A stretch of DNA of 64,000 nt from Bigelowiella natans CCMP2755 (lineage: Eukaryota; Protista; Cercozoa). The notes under the pieces are model-generated. The model was not told the origin of the DNA and searched no databases. It saw only the letters and a program-made list of their open reading frames with translations. This document shows positions 25,964 to 40,123 of this stretch, piece after piece. The DNA lies in the NCBI GenBank assembly GCA_000320545.1, contig ADNK01001816.1, positions 1 through 64,000 on the forward strand, written 5' to 3'. A program made the position numbers and the translations under genes. The number at the start of each line of letters is the position of its first letter. Position 1 is the first letter of the stretch.

Positions 25964-27076
25964 CTACAACGAAACGCATTCAATCTTGGCGCGCACTTGT
26001 TCTTTCGCGCTCAATCTAACAAGATATCGGCTACGTATCGGATCAAAACTGATAATGGTTCCCCTCCTATCATTGAGATCCTTCGCTTTTTCTAGATTGC
26101 GCATTCGTACCCAAGATCCTGGAGAAAGCTGTACTCGGGTGTAATGAATGTGGGAGGTCATATTAGGGAAAGATTCTGCCGAAATTGGCGGTGCCGTACT
26201 GTTATCTAATGGCACATCGGATAGATTACCCAGATATCCTTCAAGCTTGGATGGTAAATTGCGATTTCTCATCGTAATACTGTCGCCCTCATCAACGAGC
26301 CTAACCCGGTAGTAATCGGTATCCAACCTACCGATAACCTGGACTTTCTTTCCGTCCCCACTGCTTTGATCATGATCACAGTTAGAACGGGAGGTTGACC
26401 TTCCTATTCCTCCACCTTTTCTTCCGTCGTATCCCTCCTCATGTTCCTTCTCAGACTCCTGGAGATGCCCAACACATACGTGCAGTAGATTATCTGCTCG
26501 CACTTGGACGATACTCCCTCCTCCTCCTCCTCCTCCTCCTCCTCCTCCTCCTCCTCCTCCCTTCCCATTCTCAGCCTTTCCATGCTTCGGTGTAGAGGAT
26601 AGCAACATCTTACTTGCTGCAGAATCAACACTATCATCGTTACCGGCAATTTGACGATGTATATGACTCTCGTTTGGACTGAGAAGTCGCACTAAGTAAC
26701 GTCCCGTGGTAATGTTGAACTTGATAACATTAGCATACCGTCTATTGAGGCAGGGGCTATTTCGCAAGCCTTCTATTACAACAAGAGACCCAGGAACCAA
26801 GTATCCGTCCAAGTACCGCGACACAAGCACACCTGCAGCCTTTTCGACTACACTGGGAAGCATTTGTAGATGTCTGAAGAAGAAAGCAAGAGGGGGAAGG
26901 AAGAGGATGAGGATGATGAGGATGAGCGCGTAATACAAATAGAAGGAGTGGTGTATCGTTAATTCACATTCGCATATGTCGCTTATGTAATATAATGTTC
27001 TGCTATCTCTTGAATTCATACTAGCATGTATATTCTCATGAAATGAATCATGCCTCAATAATACTATATATGTAGT

Positions 27077-27141
<65 letters not shown>

Positions 27142-27150
27142 GGAGAGACA

Positions 27151-27191
<41 letters not shown>

Positions 27192-28780
27192 CACACATAC
27201 GCGCACAACAATGCAAGAAGGGTTGCCGTTATTAGGTAAAGAAATACAGAGCGAACATTTGTACTGACTCTGAGGAGTCACACGGGAATCCAAACAGCCT
27301 TCTATTGAGATGATAAAATTGCAGAAATGGTAAAGTTGCCTGCTTATCGTTGTTGTTGTTGTTGTATATATTGTTGGCACACAGGAGACAACGACATTTG
27401 CAGTCAGTCGTCCTGGCAGTTCTTTCTTCTTCTTCTTCTACTTCTTCTTTTTCTTCTTCGGGCACTTGTTCTTCCTCATAATTATCTCTTATTTGTATCC
27501 GATCCTCGTCATTACGATAATGAATGCTTTCCAGTTTTCGTTGTTTTTGCAACCTCCTATAGCATTTTTCCTTGCTCACAATGGCTGACACGTTTACAGC
27601 AATGAGGCGCACTTTGTATGGAATGTCCCCGTCACCTTGGATCGGTGAGAGAATACTAAGTGTTTGTTGGTTTTTAGTCTGATTTCCTCCTAAGAAGGCG
27701 ACGATTGTCAGCTGATCTTGCTCCACTATATTTTGGAATACTTCACTGCATTTCACTTCCAAATATCGTGGTTTAAACAACGCGTTAAAGCCTTTTGAAA
27801 GTAAACTTGTTATAGCATCGGAGGTCTCGTTATCCATATGTAGGGGAAGCCTTCTGAGAAGAGAGTGTTGACATCGAGGAAGATGACCACAGGGCAGTAT
27901 TATCATAATTATGGAGGAAAGAGATGAAGATCGTAGTAAACATTTGGAATTAGAAGAAGCCGAAGTTGTAGCCACTGTCTACGCACACGCTCTCGTGTCA
28001 CACATACATACTTACTTGTTGAGAATTATTTCCTCGATTGCTGCCTGAACTTTGGGGTTTTCCATTTCCTTAAGATCTTTGTCGGGATCTAAGCCGAGCG
28101 GGACTGAGTAATTACCTGCCGGACGGGTATAGTCATCGCACTCGAAATATGTAAATCCCACTTCTCCCTCCTCCCGGTTCGGAGTGGATATAACTTGTCC
28201 ATGGAATAGCCAAACGGCAAACTGTGTGAAGTAGAAAACGGGGGGGAGAATGAGGGCGCTCTGTTCACATCCGAGCAATGGAGAGCCACCGATGAAGCTC
28301 GAAATAATGAAAACATCGATTGCAATTTAAAGAAGGTAAACAAAGGTCCGCGAGATAGATAGAAAACAGACGATCCTATGCAAACAGTAACCTAATAGAG
28401 TTCTTTCTTACAATAACTCTTTCCTTCATCATACCCCTCTATCATTCTCGGTATCACTCAAAACCTCCCTCTTATGAAGACAGGCATTTCACGTACCAGG
28501 ATGATCGCAAGGGGTGGTCCAACGAACCTCCTACCCCCCCCTTTCCTCTCCCTCCTTCTCATATTTTTTAGAATATTCGTTGGCAGCAGAAGACTAAATC
28601 GGACTGCTTCGAAGGCACCCCCCAGCGCTTGATGGGGTCGATAGGATGCAGAAGGCCTCCCCTCCTCCTCCCTCCTCCTCCTCGGATGCACAGGCTGCTG
28701 GCTCGCTGATGACGTGTCTCAATTTAGGCAAAAATCGATCCCAATTTAAACTGATGCCTATGCCTTCGAATGCGAGCCTG
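25964..28780 (-). CDS. Multi-exon protein of unknown function with two C-terminal SH3/KOW-like repeats ('G..V.I.GL....LN.R......F....GRY.VRL'); 5' end uncertain
   Basis: PGSLVVIEGLRNSPCLNRRYANVIKFNITTGRYLVRL and PGSWVRMRNLEKAKDLNDRRGTIISFDPIRSRYLVRL in ORF 25964-27211. Upstream exons in ORFs 27232-27975 and 28012-28278 and near 28590-28780. Confidence 0.6.
27076..27188. repeat. Compound (CA)n(TA)n(GA)n intronic microsatellite, representative of dozens of SSRs in introns from 24 to 64 kb
   Basis: Directly visible. Similar (TA)n, (TG)n, (CT)n, (ATC)n and (AGT)n runs occur at about 29945-30022, 32600, 39615, 40075, 40665-40870, 41340, 45968, 46710-46865, 47995, 49270, 54310, 55140, 55705-56130 and 61996-62096. 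Confidence 0.95.
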
Positions 28781-29096
28781 CGACTTATAGTTAGTCAGAG
28801 ATTTGCAGCAATTTCCCCATCGTTACTCCGATTGCGACAACAACAATAACAACAACAACAACAACAACAACAACAATCTCATACATATCTTGCACAGTGC
28901 TCAAAACCGAAAAGAGCACATGTCAGGAGATGGTGGTAGTAGAACACTGTTCGCAATAATTTCGTACATATATCTACTTTTTAGATATATTCCGCTTATA
29001 TTTTTGTCTTGTTTTCCTTCACAGAGAAGGCCCCCGTCATCGCCATAACCCCCTCCTCCCCCTTGTGAATCTAACGAATTTGAGAACTCCTTCCTC

Positions 29097-29981
29097 ATGC
29101 TGCGGTCACGATTTGCGTCCCATGGCCGGTCGGCTACGAACACGACTGTGGTGCTATGCGTCCTCATGGCAGCACTGCTAATCACGATCTCATCTGTGAG
29201 AGACGGATCTTCATCGCTCGGAACAATGCTCTCAACAACTACACCTTGCAAGGCTGCAGCCCCATCCCATCTCACCCCACGCGTATTTCCCACCACTCGA
29301 AGACAAGGCAAGTGAAACTATTCATCTGTGATGCTATGAAATCTTAGAGAAAGGGTACTGCACGAAAAATATCGTCGGATAACATGATCGATGCCACCTC
29401 TCACCTGTCTCATTCCCGTACCTCTAACGACAAATTTCATCGATCAAAGCAGCAATCAAAAAAAGATATCCTGGCCTATGGCGGTAGTATGTGCGAGCAC
29501 GAAGAAAACTAACAGGCTACGTTGTTAAATTCAGGATTTGTGGTTCCTCCTCGAGCAGGGCCTCTTGCAAGATCATCAAATGTGGAATCTAAGCAGCAGC
29601 AGCAGCAGCACCATGACGCTGGGGATCATCGTCGTGGAGGTAGTGAGGCCATTTCTGACCGGAGATCCTTCCTATTCAGCTCGGCAGCTATCCTTGCTGG
29701 AACTGGCAGTGGCTTATTCTCAGATGTGAGGCCTGCAATAGCTGGTGAGTTATGCTATTGGCGCATTTACTGTGTTGCGAAGAGACTATCACGAACTGTG
29801 AACAGAATTCATTTGGAGTTTATGAAAATTACAATGTTAATATTATGCACGGGGAATATTACCTATCATTTCATTTACGGCTGGAGAAGGATATTGTTTA
29901 AACGAATATTGATTTTATGATGAAAAACAATATTCGCAGATAGAAAACACACACACACACACACACGTTATATAGTTTATT

Positions 29982-30028
<47 letters not shown>

Positions 30029-31655
30029 GCAACACTGTTTGCACGAATTTCTAAATCTTAAACAGCACACTGCTAAGGTGCAGCATTACTGTATTTGACT
30101 GTTGTAGCAAATGGGAAATTCGATAGCTACCAAAACGTGAAGGAAGACATTAAAGGTATCCCCGGCAGCATGGTAGATTGAGTAGAATTCATGCTTCTAC
30201 TTATACTCGTTCCATCGCAAAAATGGTCATTTTCCTCTTCCTCTTCCTCCTCCACCTCCACCTCCTCCTCTTCCTTCTTATTATTATTTTTATTACTATT
30301 ATTAGCACTAATTAAAGCTGACATGGATAAGGTACTGCACTAAAATGCTATACAGTTATGGATACAGACCATAAACGATTATACGGCGAGATTGCGAGAG
30401 TAGTAAGCAGCCGTGCAAATTGTGTTTTGGAAGTAAAACCTAGTTCCAAGCGCACTTTTGGTTGCTGCATCTGTGTGTGTTGTTTAGGGTCCAACGCTTG
30501 TTCGACTTGCATGGCATAGTAGCGGCACATATGATAAGATGAGTAGGACGGGTGGAAGCGGATTGGGAACGATTCGATTTAAGGATGAGCTTGCACATGG
30601 TTGGTTCGTTGATAAGGAGGCTTTATAGTAGTAGCCCTTTGGTATGATGATGATGATGATGATGATGATGATCATGATGATACACCATGGGTGAGAAACT
30701 GTATTCGAGTCAGCAAAGTCATCCCACGCCGATATACTCGAGCAGCAGCCATCGTCATGTGCTTAACGAAAATAGCCTGAATTTTCCTTTATCATTCACT
30801 CCTTTTTCTGAAACAACTAGGTGCAAATGCAGGCCTAAACACAGCAGGTGAGTTCCGTCCGTGCACTACGCACGGCGTGTTCGTTGTATGGCTTCTTCGT
30901 GGCCTACCTACCTGCCAGAAATTGAAAATCGCAATGTGTCCTTAATCATGATGATGATGATGAATGCCACATTACGAAGTAGCTGCTAATGCTACTGCTG
31001 CTGCTGTCTAGATAGATAGACGTGCTACTACTGCTACTACTACTACTACTATTTCCACTACAACTACTACACAGTTGACGCCTCCTCCTTATTGCTGACC
31101 TATCGATCATTGTATGTGTACTGGTTATCTTACACAAGTCACAGTATAATCAACATTATGATATCGTCATCATCGTCATCGTTCTGATCATCATCATTGT
31201 CGTGGTCAGTCGAATGGTTGGAGCCTATTCATGCCAAGTACAATGGTGGGATTAGCTATGCAGGTGGTTATCATCATCATCATCATTATCATCATTATCA
31301 TCATCAAAGTTAGCATAAATAGCTTGTACCAATGAATATAAGTTTCACTTCGTTGTGCCTTATCATCACCCTCCCTACTACCACCACCACGACTACTACT
31401 ACGACTACTGCTACCATCATCTTGATTGCAGATCTATACACTCTTGCTGGTATCACTGCAATCGAGGTAGTGCTTCTTGGTGCCATCGTCTTGTCCTCCT
31501 CGTTGTCGTTGTAACCGACTGATGATAAATAAAATACCAGTGGTCGTACTAATACTACATGTCATTGTTGCTGTTTATCGCGTACAATGTAGACGCTAGG
31601 AGGACCACAAATTGGGTGGAGAGCTGGAAGGTAGTAATACATGGATGATGATGAA

Positions 31656-31687
<32 letters not shown>

Positions 31688-32596
31688 CAAGATCATCATA
31701 TGCTTTGAATACTTGCATCGATTTCATATTGGGGAGGGACGGTGGTGGTGTATCGTGTCTGTTTGCATGTGTTTGATGGAGATGTTGGCGGCAATAATGT
31801 ATGTTGTATAGAGTCGATGCAATGGACCCTTCAGCTGTCACTCCGGATGGACGGTGAAGATCGATAAATACGACTGATAATGATGGTGGTGATGATGATA
31901 TCGAAACGATGGATTTATGATGATAACGAGAAAAAGCTATGCTGGGATTCTTGTGCTAATTCTGACATATCTGTTTATCGATCATATCGTCGTCTTACTC
32001 GGTGCTGCTGCTGGAAACACATAAATGTAAAGCCTTCCAGCTGCGGACAAGGTAAGATAGAAGAAGGCGAATATCACATTTTCTTCTCATTTTCCACACA
32101 CACACACACATATGAATAGTCAATACGACGCCAAGGGTAGTTAATTAAATGACGTGAGGCTGGCTTCTACCTAATACTCACAGGGAAGTCCTCAAGACAC
32201 TGCAGAGCACTTAAGATCGATTTTCGGAAGGTATTTATCTATTGCTGCCTCCTATGTTATGATAATGTCGTATTCGTGGTGGTGGTTTTTCCTTATTGTC
32301 ATTCGTTAATGATTACTTCATTCCATCCTCTGCCTTATAAGCGCTTTTGTCTTTATTTTCACATATCATATCGTTATGACGGCATCGACGCATACGTTAC
32401 TACGATAAAATAAGTTCTATAAGTACCATCATCATCATCATCATCATCATCATCACTATCACCATCCTACTAGCATCGTCATCTCTTCATCATCCATTTT
32501 TACACAATACTCAGAATGGGATTTAACGATCAAGAAATTGTGGCCTTAGCTGGCGCTCATGCACTGGGACGGGGTCACGTAAACTACTCAGGTTAA

Positions 32597-32635
<39 letters not shown>

Positions 32636-32846
32636 ACAAAGGGTGATGATACCACCCTCTATATTATAGCAAATATTAGAAGTAGCACCATCAAAATCGT
32701 TCCTAGCGGTGCATGCACTCACATGGAGCGATACTACATTGAAAGTCGTCAATATTTTTCTTGCATCTATCGTGGTTATATGCTTATATTGTGTCGGAAC
32801 GATACTACTACAAATTCCTAATATACTCATGTCGATGATACAATTT

Positions 32847-32887
<41 letters not shown>

Positions 32888-34081
32888 AACGATGACGACG
32901 ACGTATTTAAACACGTACTATCACGACGTGAGTTCCTTTCTCTTCTTCTTTCCTTCTTACTGATATGATGATGATACTGCTGCTGTGACTGTTGTTCGCC
33001 CCCCCCCCCCCTTTTCACCACGCGTAGGTTATGATGGGCCTTGGACATTCACTCCTACCAGGTTAGATGGGGTGAGGGGGTGATGCATGGAAGGATGATG
33101 GTATCAGAATGATGCATCATGATAATATGATTAAAAATCGTCATTAGCCATAACACAGCGGGTAGTGTTATGTCCACAATTTATCGTCATCGTAACGACG
33201 TTTTTGGTAGGTTCAACAATGCATACTTTGATCTGCTACTACGGCTTGAATGGGTGCCTCAAACAACGAATGCAGGGAACAAGCAGGTAGTAGAGTAGGC
33301 AAATCAACAATGGCCATACAATAACATGAATGGGGTCCTCGCAATAAATATGCTAGCTGCGAGCTCAAACTATAGCTGAAGAAGTAGAAATATGATGATA
33401 ATATTCATTATGAGGAAGAAGCATGTGGAGACTGTTGGTAGCACTCGAAACACCATCACCGCCAATATCTTTTTCTTCCTCCTCCTCATCGTCGGCGTCG
33501 TCATTATCATGATTGCCATCAAGTGCTGTACATCTTAACGATGCTGTACCTAGCTAGTCTATTTGTGAAGGTAGTTACCATGTATCTTTTAAACCTCCAA
33601 TGCTTTTACAACTCGTCGTCGTCGTGTTCTTCTCCCTCTTCCTCTGCCTCTTCTCTTTCCATTCTGTGCAGTTTACTGATGCGAAAACCAAGACACTAAT
33701 GATGCTACCATCGGACTTGGTTTTGATTCAAGATTCTAGCTTTAGGAAATTCACTGAGGTGTGTGTGCATTCATGTGCAAAGACAGCGGAAACCGATTTG
33801 CAACGTATAGACCAATTTCATTATTATTACAGCAAGCGCATTTAATTTCCCATAAGTTTCAGGAACTCAAATATAGTTGTGAAATGATGTTCTTCAGATG
33901 TACGCAGGAGACAATGCGAAGTTTCTGAAAGATTTCTCCAAAGCGTAGGCCACCTTTTGAGAATTTGTAGATCGTCCACGCAACCCTAATGCTTCAATAT
34001 TGTTACATCTTATCAACATTTAGGTTTCAGAAACTTGAGGAGCTTGGAACATCTAATTTAAGATCTGTGAAGCTCTCCTAG
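29097..34081 (+). CDS. Class I heme peroxidase (cytochrome c peroxidase / ascorbate peroxidase family, CCP-like) with a bipartite plastid presequence plus twin-arginine signal
   Basis: Spliced exons give [16 protein letters not shown] (distal R/W/H), [60 protein letters not shown] (proximal His), [21 protein letters not shown] and FQKLEELG. Stop at 34079-34081. Confidence 0.93.
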
Positions 34082-35318
34082 CTGCTTTATTCGTCGTAGA
34101 CTGCTTAGTCCAGAGATCTAAAGCGCCACAGTAAGAATAAATACTTCTACGGATCGGCCAATTCAGTGTCGTACATAAAATTAATATAGAGGTGACATGG
34201 AGACGATAGCTGTGCATCACTAGATGCATATCCCATGCGTGCTGCAAAGCCGCAACTGTATCATGCACATGAGCTATCGATCGACTTGTCATATAGGCCC
34301 AATGACATCATGTTGCATCTAGGCTATACACACGCTACGCTGTCGCGCGCATACACTAGTGCAATATATGAATCGCAGACATGGCATGCCATATCTAGTC
34401 GCACCATACTAGCATACTAGCATAATGCAGTAGCAAGACAATAGACATACGTATGGACATGCGTATATGTAATATGTGCATCATGTATCATACATGTAAT
34501 ATATACTTTGCCTGAAGTCAAGTAGCGTATATGCTAGCTAGTTAGAGATAGCGCAGCTGCATGTACTAGTGCATCGAATTAGCATTTGTGGCGACAGCTC
34601 TAGCTAGCTAACGACACATGCTAGCGCATCCTAGTAGCTGCTACATGTGCTAGTGTAGCACATGCTAGCACGCGTAACATGTAGCGTGGACGCACGTTGC
34701 AACGTGCACGCAGTGCAACGCAAACGAAAGCATTCAATGCAAAAGCGTGATGACGTGTGCAGATGCACACGTAGGCGGCGCCACATGCAAATCCATTAGG
34801 CGTGCTAGCGTGACCAAACAAGTGACTTTTGCAACCAAAGTTGAGCTACATGCTAGCATGGTCATGCATCATCAGGATCGTGAATGTCTCGATTTCAGCA
34901 GACGTGCGCAGAGCGAAAAATGAGTGTCAGACTTGCGTGCCGCCAGCACACCGCCGTAGTGCGCGCATCGTGTGGTGTGTACACGTAGCAACATAGAGCC
35001 GCCACTGTGTAACTAACGATTCGCTAGCTAGCTAGCCATGCAGCAAGAGGTTGTCCAGTCGTGGTAGAGGAAGCTGCATGTAACATCTACTCGGTCCCCG
35101 GAGGGAATTGATTGTCATTCTTTATGTAGGTGGAATTTCATGCATCAGTCGATGCATGAACGCATTACAGATAATGTACAGTATGATTTTGGCAGGTCGG
35201 CTGGCAGCTGATCATATTCGCCAAATCACAATATTTGCTTTAGCGAGTCTACTTGATCTTTTTCATTTTCTTCGAGAGCTCGATGCGTTTGACACCAAGG
35301 CTCTTCCTCTCCATGACC

Positions 35319-36822
35319 CTACTGTGCTGCTACTGCTGCTCTGGTTTCCTTAGGAGGGGTACATGCAGCTTCTGCAAGAGGTTTTGACGAGGTAGATGGT
35401 GATAGAGGTGACAATTCTGATAGAGTAGAATTCGACGAAAATGACGACGCCGAGCGCAAGCATAGATTTTGATCTGAGATATCAGATGCAGCGGAGTTAC
35501 TCCTACCCTTTTTTGGTGAAGGTACTGTGACCAATGACTCATCATCATCATCGTCCTCTTGCTTTTTCAACTTGTTCCTCCTCTTATCTGCTCCGACTTT
35601 GTGCGTCGCATTGCAACTTGTCTTTTTAGTCACCGAACCAGTACCAGGTAATGGGGCAGAGAAACAAGCTCGGCACACGGATAGGTATTTATCTGTGCCT
35701 CCTGATAAATTAGATTACATCATAGTAAACACAGGTTACGAAAAGAATATGATGGTGCAACGAATATGAAACATGCTGTTTGATGAGAAACAATCATCGT
35801 CATGAAACCAAAAGCCATCATCATGGGGATGCCACTTTCATTCTTACCTACGACTCTAACATCCTTTTCATCAGAGATTCTGCGCGTGAAGTGAGCTTCT
35901 TCGTGGCAAACTTGGCATACGGCCGACAGCTTTTGGATGGTTTCAGAGAGGGGGATAATTTCCAGAAAGTTCCCGAATGCCTGTTAATTAGGGCGTATGA
36001 ATTCAATACTGCTTTATTTGAAAGGACTAACGATCTCGTTATCAAAAACGTTCTACCTTTCTCTGGAACGTCCCATCCAGGGCAGCAATTATTACCACTT
36101 TTCTAAAATTTAGTTGTCATAGGATGGATGATTTATTATAGACGAGGATCAAATCTTAAATGTAGTGACGCTACCCTCTTTTGGCCATGTTTTCTGCGAA
36201 TGAAACGATCTGAGAAGGTAGTTAACGAAAATAAGTGGCAATTCCAGAACAGAAAAACTATATTTATCACAGAAAAATAGGTGAATTTGCGTGAATATGT
36301 TAGTAGGTAATACATCAGAGAAGAATTGGCCCTCATCAATTCCTATAACCTGTGTAGATTATGCAACACACATAGTAGCCAAAGAAAGGAGGAGACAAGC
36401 GATTAAAATAACAATCTAACTCGAATATTATGTGCAATTTTCGAATTATTTGAGAATCTATCTTATATAACATAGTATAATTCTTACGTCGGCTTGTTCG
36501 GTGAGAGCTGGATCTATATGGCTTAGCTTTGAGACTGCAACTGCTTCATGCAGAACCTTGTCATGAGTAGCCGCTTTATCCTCGCTGTATCTCGTATCTT
36601 GAGCAAATTTTACCACCAAACAACGTTTTTTGGCATATTTCTGCCGACGTACTCGGCGTAGGAGCTCTGGACAGACAAAATGAATCACAGTTAATGCCAG
36701 AGAGAATGTGTGTTTCAGATGTCATTGATCATAATCATTATTGCTTATCTCTTTCATTTACCTGTTGTCTTGCCCGAAAACATGGGGCCCAATATCAGGT
36801 TGATTGAACCTGACTTTGCCAT
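35319..36822 (-). CDS. TK1: Thymidine kinase (type II, TK1-like) with a Ser-rich C-terminal extension
   Basis: GSINLILGPMFSGKTT|ELLRRVRR, DTRYS, VIGIDEGQF, IAALDGTFQRK, KLSAVCQVC...AHFTRR and IGGTDKYLSVCRACF. Confidence 0.95.
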
Positions 36823-37458
36823 TCTTAGAAGGGGGGGAACGTCCATGGTAGAGAAGATAATGAGAGCTAGGAAGGCTGCTATGAAGAATGGGAAGGTGCG
36901 AGGAGCTGTTATGATGGTGTTTAGTGGCGAAAGCCTCGTTTGGCGCGAAAGCGTTTGCTTTTTATACACTAAATTATATCGCTCACTTGTCATATATTGC
37001 TCAAAATCTCCTGCGTTTTCGTTGTCGTATTTTCCCAACCTTGGATTTAAAGTAATGACGGGGATTTTGTGGAGAAATTGGCGCAGTCGGAGTTTCTCTT
37101 GAGAAAAAGGGGTCTTTTCTTGAAAGAACAGTTTCAAAATACCGTACCCATATTCCTTTGTTGGTCAGTTTGAACATTTACACTAAATATTGCTGAATAA
37201 GAGGGAAAACGGCCTGTAAAACCTTATCGTCATCCCCTATCCTCATAGGAGCACGCACAGTAATGCGATCATATGATTGGAATGATGATGATGATGGGAC
37301 TTCTCCCCCTCTAACGCCAACCTACACTATTCGGTCATTACCACCTAAAACAGAATTTTAAAGATACGCTTGTAGTCCACTTTTCTCCCATCTTTCTACT
37401 TTTCGTAGGTAGCAAGGAGAATCTTTCCATATTTTTTCGTCAGGTTCGAGCGGGGGAA

Positions 37459-39612
37459 ATGAAAAAGCAAAAGTCTGTACCTATTCAAAGTCATCGCAAG
37501 GAAACCAAGACTATAAAAAACCAACAACATCGGATGTTGGAACTTATGTATGCGGTATTCTTCCTACATCTTCGTATGATATCACATACTCTTCTGGTTT
37601 CATATAAAACCTTTTTTCTTTTACAACAAGCTCCCTTCTCGTTCGCCCCGTCTGACGATATTTACTCGGCAAAATTACCGTTTGTAGGGTACAGTGCAGT
37701 ATGTAAATGTACCATCGGAACTAAGCTTTTCAGAACTTAGAGGCATTATCGCAACCTCGTTTCCCTCGGCACTTCGAAAGCTCACGATACGATGGTTAGA
37801 TGAAGAGAAAGAGGCAATTATAATACAGAACACAAGAGATCTTAAGGAGGTGATGTACAGTAACATGTATTACAAGCAGAAACTCTCGTTTCTCTGTTAC
37901 TTTTGGGTTATTTTGTTGATGTTTTAATGTGGTATGTTGCTCATCTACTACTAATAAAAGGCATTGGAAGCAAGTAAAGGTGAACTTGTAGCATCTGAGT
38001 CGAAGGTTAATGCGGTAGCGAAAGATAATCCGAGAGAGGATCATGATGCTTCAAACAAAGCCCACGAAGAAAGAAAGAAGAGGAAGCATCTGCCAAAAAA
38101 GCAAAGCATTATTGAAGTAGGGGAGAAGGAGAAGGAGGAAGCTCTTCGAATTGTTATCACCAACAGTAATTTTATTCATCACAAAAATCTTACTTACATA
38201 TTATCTAGAGGAGGACCAAAGAATCCGAAAAAAGAAGCCCGATAGATCGTTCGATTCTTCATTTCTAACTATTTTCCATAAGCTTCCTCTCTCACTTTTC
38301 TTACCAGCTTCCCTGTAGTAAATCAATTTTTATGTGAATAAATAGAGGCAGCAGCGCCAGCAGCACCGAGCTTTGGAATGAGGCTATCTCAACCTTTGAA
38401 AACCCTATTGAACACCCTTGACCCGACCTGCTCCTCCACCCCCTCTTCCACCTCCTTATTGCCACCAAGGTCTTTATGCAATCAACTATAATAACTTCAA
38501 GACAACTGCAAAGCCATAATTATATCCATCTCCTCCTACCCATAGTCAGAATATCCCATCAGCAGAGGGAATGGAAAACAAAATGGAAAGAGAAGAGGGG
38601 AAAGGAGGAGGAGGAAAACGATATGGAGAAAAGAAGCAGCATATATTTGAATTCAAAGGAAAGGGAAAGCTTGAAGAGGCATTGGTAGCGAAAAGAGGAG
38701 AAGGAAATATATCTCTCAGGCCTAGTTTGACTACGAATACTGCTACTAATACTACGATGGTTGCAAGTAGGTAAGTGACACTGCTAATGATGATGATAAT
38801 ATCCATGGCAATATTGCATACTGTACGATGAGGATGATGGTCGAAGCATAATATGTTTTAATATTAGCGCCGTTGACAAAATTGAAAAGGGATTATGATG
38901 ATGACGACGACTTTTTTTGAATTATTTCTGATGTATATGCCTTATCTCTTCTCATGAAAGGACGGAAAACAACTGTCTCACTCACTCTCACTCACGGTAT
39001 GATAACACGGACAGCAACGATGGAAATGTTTCTCCCATGGGGATGGGGGTAGCACAAGTGGAAAGGTGGAGGAATGCAGTGATGAAAGGTAATGGCAATA
39101 ACGGAGTAGCTATTCTCCTTGCACCCTCTTCGCACTTCGATTCGTCTGCTATCAACATATTCATGACCATGGCCATGTAGCTAGTAGTGCCACTGCTGAA
39201 CACCATCGTATTTACGATATGTTAAATATGCTACTGCTGCTGCTGCTGCTACTACTACTACTGCAGGGATTATCGCAGTGCCAATGCTCTCTCTAATCCT
39301 CCTTCCGTGTGTAATACTACACTAGAAAAGTAGAAAAACGAAGGAAGATATTAGATAATGAAGCAACCTGTTACTACTCTTGCTGCTACAAAACACTGAA
39401 ATGAATTAACGAATGAATGAATGATGAGCTTCAACACTATGTAATAAATGAAGATAAGTTTGTGTTTTATATCATATTAGTAAATATTAATGGATAGTAG
39501 ATGTTCTCCTAATCTTCTCCACATACTTCTAATTGATCGAATTTGTCACTGCTACTGTTTGAATATATGTGTGGGTTGGAAGATGTTTTTCGGCATTCCT
39601 GTGGCTTTTCCG

Positions 39613-39645
<33 letters not shown>

Positions 39646-40069
39646 AGTAGTAGTAGTAGTAGTAGTACCACATCAGTTACCTCTCACTGGAATGATTAAT
39701 ATAATCACAAATTGTATTCACTAGTTCATCCATCTATTCATCAATATCACCATCTTCTTCTTCTTCTGTCGCTCGTTGTTACCACCAATACTACTTCTAC
39801 TACTGACTTGAAGCTTAGTCTCTTCATCTTCTTCCCACTCATTCATCAAAATCTTAAAAACCTTTCATTTTTCCGTAAGGTTATTCAATTTATTTATATA
39901 TCTAATTATTCTTTACCTCCCCCTCCAATGTTCATGATTGGAAATAATACAGATATTTCATCATAAAATTGGCAAAAAGAAGAAATAACAGCAAGTTAGC
40001 CCTGGTGAGTTCTTAGTTCCTTTACATAACAAATGTGGTGATTTAGCAACAAAATTCATATTCTATGTC

Positions 40070-40123
<54 letters not shown>

